From an uncultured Bacteroidota bacterium (GTDB lineage: Bacteria; Bacteroidota; Ignavibacteria; Palsa-1295), in contig OY969726.1 of NCBI GenBank assembly GCA_963702215.1, positions 1,443,050 through 1,507,049 of the forward strand: a stretch of DNA of 64,000 bases. Reading direction: 5' to 3'. Positions 61,290-64,000 of the stretch are shown here, in pieces. Every line of letters begins with the position of its first letter. Within the stretch, counting starts at the first letter, position 1. Made by a program: the position numbers and the translations under genes. The notes below the pieces were generated by a model that had not been told where the DNA came from, did not search any database, and was given only the letters and a program-made list of their open reading frames with translations.

Positions 61290-61918
61290 TGCCGGGCTTG
61301 CGGTTCGCGGAACTTGAGGCGCTCGTCCAGCGCGATGAAGCGGTTCGTGCCGAACTCGTTGAACGGGGAGAACTCTTCGGCGGCTATCATCCGGAGATGG
61401 AAGCGTTGCATACTGCGAATGGCCGGACGCTTGAAGTGTTGATAGACCAATTCGGCTGGCCGGATGAAGCCCAGGATGGCGTGGCCGCCTGCGCGAATGC
61501 TTGGTTGATAGTCCAGCACGCTATTTCGCTCCCAAGCCTTCAACGCAAAGTGTTGGCGTTGCTTAAAATGAATCCCGCTGGTTGCACGCCGCCCCAGCTT
61601 GCCATGCTCGAAGACCGGACGCTCGTTTTTTCGGGCAAGATGCAAAGGTATGGAACTCAATTCGATTGGGATTCAAATGGCGAATTAAATCCGTTCCCAA
61701 TCGAAGATGCGGGGCATGTCGATATTCGGCGGACCGGGGTTGGGTTACCCCCGCTAAAGGAAACTTCCGCCCGTCTCCGCGAACGGGCCGAGAAGGAGCG
61801 TGACAAGCCGCCGCCAGATTTCTTGGAGTATGTGCGAGGCAGAGAAGAGTGGATGATTCGCGCCGGATGGATTCGAGAGCGTTCAGAAATCGATGCCGCC
61901 TATCGCGCTCACGAATAG
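61289..61918 (+). CDS. DUF6624-like protein
   Basis: FGWP, AWLIVQHA, AMLEDR, QRYGTQ. Confidence 0.8.
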   Translation: MPGLRFAELEALVQRDEAVRAELVERGELFGGYHPEMEALHTANGRTLEVLIDQFGWPDEAQDGVAACANAWLIVQHAISLPSLQRKVLALLKMNPAGCTPPQLAMLEDRTLVFSGKMQRYGTQFDWDSNGELNPFPIEDAGHVDIRRTGVGLPPLKETSARLRERAEKERDKPPPDFLEYVRGREEWMIRAGWIRERSEIDAAYRAHE

Positions 61919-61950
61919 CGCACCCCCTTCGCGAGTTTGTTAAACTTGAA
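61909..61950 (-). repeat. Most decayed copy of the ABC-2 permease 3' end
   Basis: Encodes FKFNKLAKGVRYS* versus native FKLSEIAKWVRYS*. Confidence 0.75.
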
Positions 61951-61964
61951 TCCTTTATCCAAAT

Positions 61965-62390
61965 TTATCCTCGCTCTGGTGGCAATAGCACCGGCAGTGG
62001 CTCATTTCGATTTCGGCGATAGATAAGAAAGTCTGAATTGAGCGTAAGAATTGGCGCGTCGGGATACAGCTCCGAAAGTTGGACGAGACACGCATCCGCG
62101 AAGGACATTGGCACATCGACGTAACGGGTGAGAAGTTTGCGAATGGCATCTCGATTCTGAATATAACTAAACGGAAAGAGCAGAGGAGCCTCCTCAACGA
62201 AAGAGAGAAGCCCGGAAATGTCCAGCGACGCTCTTAAGAGCAGAAAAATAGCTTCCGTCAGGACTGCCTCGCAGGTTAGGAATGCAGCCGAAGAACTACG
62301 CAACTCATTCGATGCCCACGCATGGAATGGGTCGTTGCGATCAAGTGCTGCAATCAGAGGGCCAGTGTCGAAAATAAGATAAGGGCTCAC
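61965..62390 (-). CDS. PIN/VapC toxin
   Basis: IFDTGPLIA, TCEAVLTEA, MSFADACLV, TLNSDF. Confidence 0.9.
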   Translation of the reverse strand: MSPYLIFDTGPLIAALDRNDPFHAWASNELRSSSAAFLTCEAVLTEAIFLLLRASLDISGLLSFVEEAPLLFPFSYIQNRDAIRKLLTRYVDVPMSFADACLVQLSELYPDAPILTLNSDFLIYRRNRNEPLPVLLPPERG

Positions 62391-62587
62391 TTGCCAAAGT
62401 TTTCCATATACTTCGGGTTGGTCGAAAGATCGCCCGGCCCATCGAGGGAGCCCAGCAAGTGTTTGATTCGATCGAAGGGCGTATCAACCCTAAGCGGTGA
62501 TTTCCCATTTGATTTCCGAAGCGATGATTTCCTCCGCACTGCCGGATTGCGCTTCCGCATTCCTGGAGATTTCGTTTTTGTTTCCAT
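62387..62587 (-). CDS. Cognate antitoxin
   Basis: LGSLDGPGDLSTNPKYMENFG motif. Confidence 0.8.
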   Translation of the reverse strand: METKTKSPGMRKRNPAVRRKSSLRKSNGKSPLRVDTPFDRIKHLLGSLDGPGDLSTNPKYMENFGK

Positions 62588-62630
62588 GCTATCAAAAAGG
62601 CAGGGATTTCTGGGTTCGTTCCCCGTTGAG

Positions 62631-62677
62631 ATAATTTGCGAATAGCACACCCACTTCGCGATCTCGTCGAGTTTGAT
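62631..62677 (-). repeat. Diverged copy of the ABC-2 permease 3' end
   Basis: Encodes IKLDEIAKWVCYS; ACCCACTTCGCGATCTCG identical to the native end. Confidence 0.85.
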
Positions 62678-62679
62678 AT

Positions 62680-62901
62680 TTATGCGGCTTTCGCAAGCGT
62701 TCCCACACCTTCGAGCGTTATACGGCGGAGCGTGATGACGTTGCCGAATCGTTCTTGAGCGTCTAACACTTCGATTCCAGCGACCAAGCCATTTGCATCA
62801 TAGTCAATGGCAATGCCTTCGGCAATATGCCTTGTCGTAACGGTCGTATCCTTGAAAATAATGCTCAGGGCATCCACCGATGGATCGTACGAGATTGTCA
62901 T
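62680..62901 (-). CDS. DUF2283 domain protein (orphan)
   Basis: ISYDPSVDALSI...IDYDANGLVAGIEVLDA. Confidence 0.88.
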   Translation of the reverse strand: MTISYDPSVDALSIIFKDTTVTTRHIAEGIAIDYDANGLVAGIEVLDAQERFGNVITLRRITLEGVGTLAKAA

Positions 62902-62919
62902 AATACCGTTTGGAATAAT

Positions 62920-64000
62920 TTACGAATACCTTACCCACTTCGCGATCTCGCTCAACTTGAATTTCTTGCCATACATGAGAATGCCTACGCGATAAATTCT
63001 CGCGGCGACCCACAGGCAGCCGAAAAAGGTTCCGATCATGAGCACGACTGCGAGCGCGATTTGCCACCATGGTGGGGTTTCGGTGAAAATGCGGCCAAGC
63101 ATTAATATTGGCGAGAAAAATGGGACGAGTGAAAGGATGACGCTCTTCGTGCTCGATGGATTCCGAATAATTCCCTGCAATAAGATGAATGGAATGACGA
63201 GCAGCATCACGACCGGCATGGCGATTTGCTGCGCACCGCTCGCCGATTCCGACGTCGAACCTACCGCCGCATAGAGCGTGGCATAAATTAAAAATCCCAG
63301 CGCGAAGAACAGAACGAAATACAGGAACATAAAGGGAGAGATCGAAGGCAGAATCCCGGAACCCAGCATGGCGCTTGCAGCCGTGAGGCCGACGGTCACC
63401 AGCAAGGCGAGCATGATCGCCCATACGCCGACCTGAATAAGTGCCGCGCCGGCAACGCCTACCACTTTGCCAACCAAAAGCTGGAATGGCCGCACGCTCG
63501 ATGCTGTAATTTCGATCACGCGGCTCGATTTTTCTTCGATCACGCTGTTCATAATTTGCGTGCCATAAAGCACCAACGTGAGATACAGCAGAAATGCCGT
63601 GACGAACGCCATAATCATTCCCGTATCGCCGCTGTCTTTTTCTTCCGAGCCTGCCTCGAGTTTCACCGTCTCGATATGCACACCGGATTCCACGTTAGTC
63701 ACCAAGCCTGGATCGATACCGCGCGCGCGAAGTTTTGCGTCGCGCACGGCATCGCGATAGGATTCCTTCAGGAAGGATATCGTTGTAAAATCACTTGGGT
63801 TGTGTAGCTTGATAGTTGCCGTCGAGGCGCTATCGCGAATGGCATTGGCCGGAATCACCATGTATCCCGTGAGCGATTTACTTTCGACGAGTTTCGCGAG
63901 CGAATCCATCACATGCTGGCCGGGCGTTGCGTTCGAAAGCGTGACCTTGGTTTCTACCTGTTTCGAGAGGAAGTCCGTCGCAGTAGTTTTCGAGGCCTCG
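62920..64000 (-). CDS. ABC-2/NatB-like transporter permease (5'-truncated)
   Basis: SVIEEKSSRVIE, GKVVG, AARIYRVGILMYGK; frame open to the window edge. Confidence 0.9.
   Translation of the reverse strand, partial: EASKTTATDFLSKQVETKVTLSNATPGQHVMDSLAKLVESKSLTGYMVIPANAIRDSASTATIKLHNPSDFTTISFLKESYRDAVRDAKLRARGIDPGLVTNVESGVHIETVKLEAGSEEKDSGDTGMIMAFVTAFLLYLTLVLYGTQIMNSVIEEKSSRVIEITASSVRPFQLLVGKVVGVAGAALIQVGVWAIMLALLVTVGLTAASAMLGSGILPSISPFMFLYFVLFFALGFLIYATLYAAVGSTSESASGAQQIAMPVVMLLVIPFILLQGIIRNPSSTKSVILSLVPFFSPILMLGRIFTETPPWWQIALAVVLMIGTFFGCLWVAARIYRVGILMYGKKFKLSEIAKWVRYS

Noticed and set aside
63411-63424. GCATGATCGCCCAT partial hairpin match
   Set aside because: The stem is broken and the sequence encodes ordinary permease residues (WAIML)

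Overview
This is a GC-rich bacterial chromosome segment, most likely from a Bacteroidota/Chlorobi-group lineage such as Ca. Kapabacteria. That assignment is an inference from the many T9SS C-terminal-domain proteins and TAnnTTTG promoters. The housekeeping backbone includes ispD, a MacB/FtsX-type ABC transporter, a DegT aminotransferase, secG, ffh, rpsP, gcvP, parA/parB, ridA, an ECF42 sigma with a VOC cluster, and a tricorn-like S41 protease. It is interspersed with small accessory cassettes: at least five toxin-antitoxin pairs, an MT-A70/BglII restriction-modification pair and secreted proteins. Two signals stand out. (1) At two independent loci (7.2-9.9 kb and 61.9-63.0 kb) cassettes are stacked behind an ABC-permease gene, and each is closed by a diverged copy of that gene's last 14-25 codons. 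The differences are largely synonymous and no integrase is present, which suggests an integrase-free '3'-end replacement' cassette-accretion mechanism. Two orphan repeat sets (29.0-32.3 kb and 52.1-52.8 kb) look similar. (2) A 16-18 bp mini-hairpin element with covarying stems and an (S)CGA loop occurs seven times: four times inside a dead DNA methyltransferase gene, twice in frame in ispD and once intergenically. Five single-base +1 frameshifts in otherwise intact genes are probably long-read errors.
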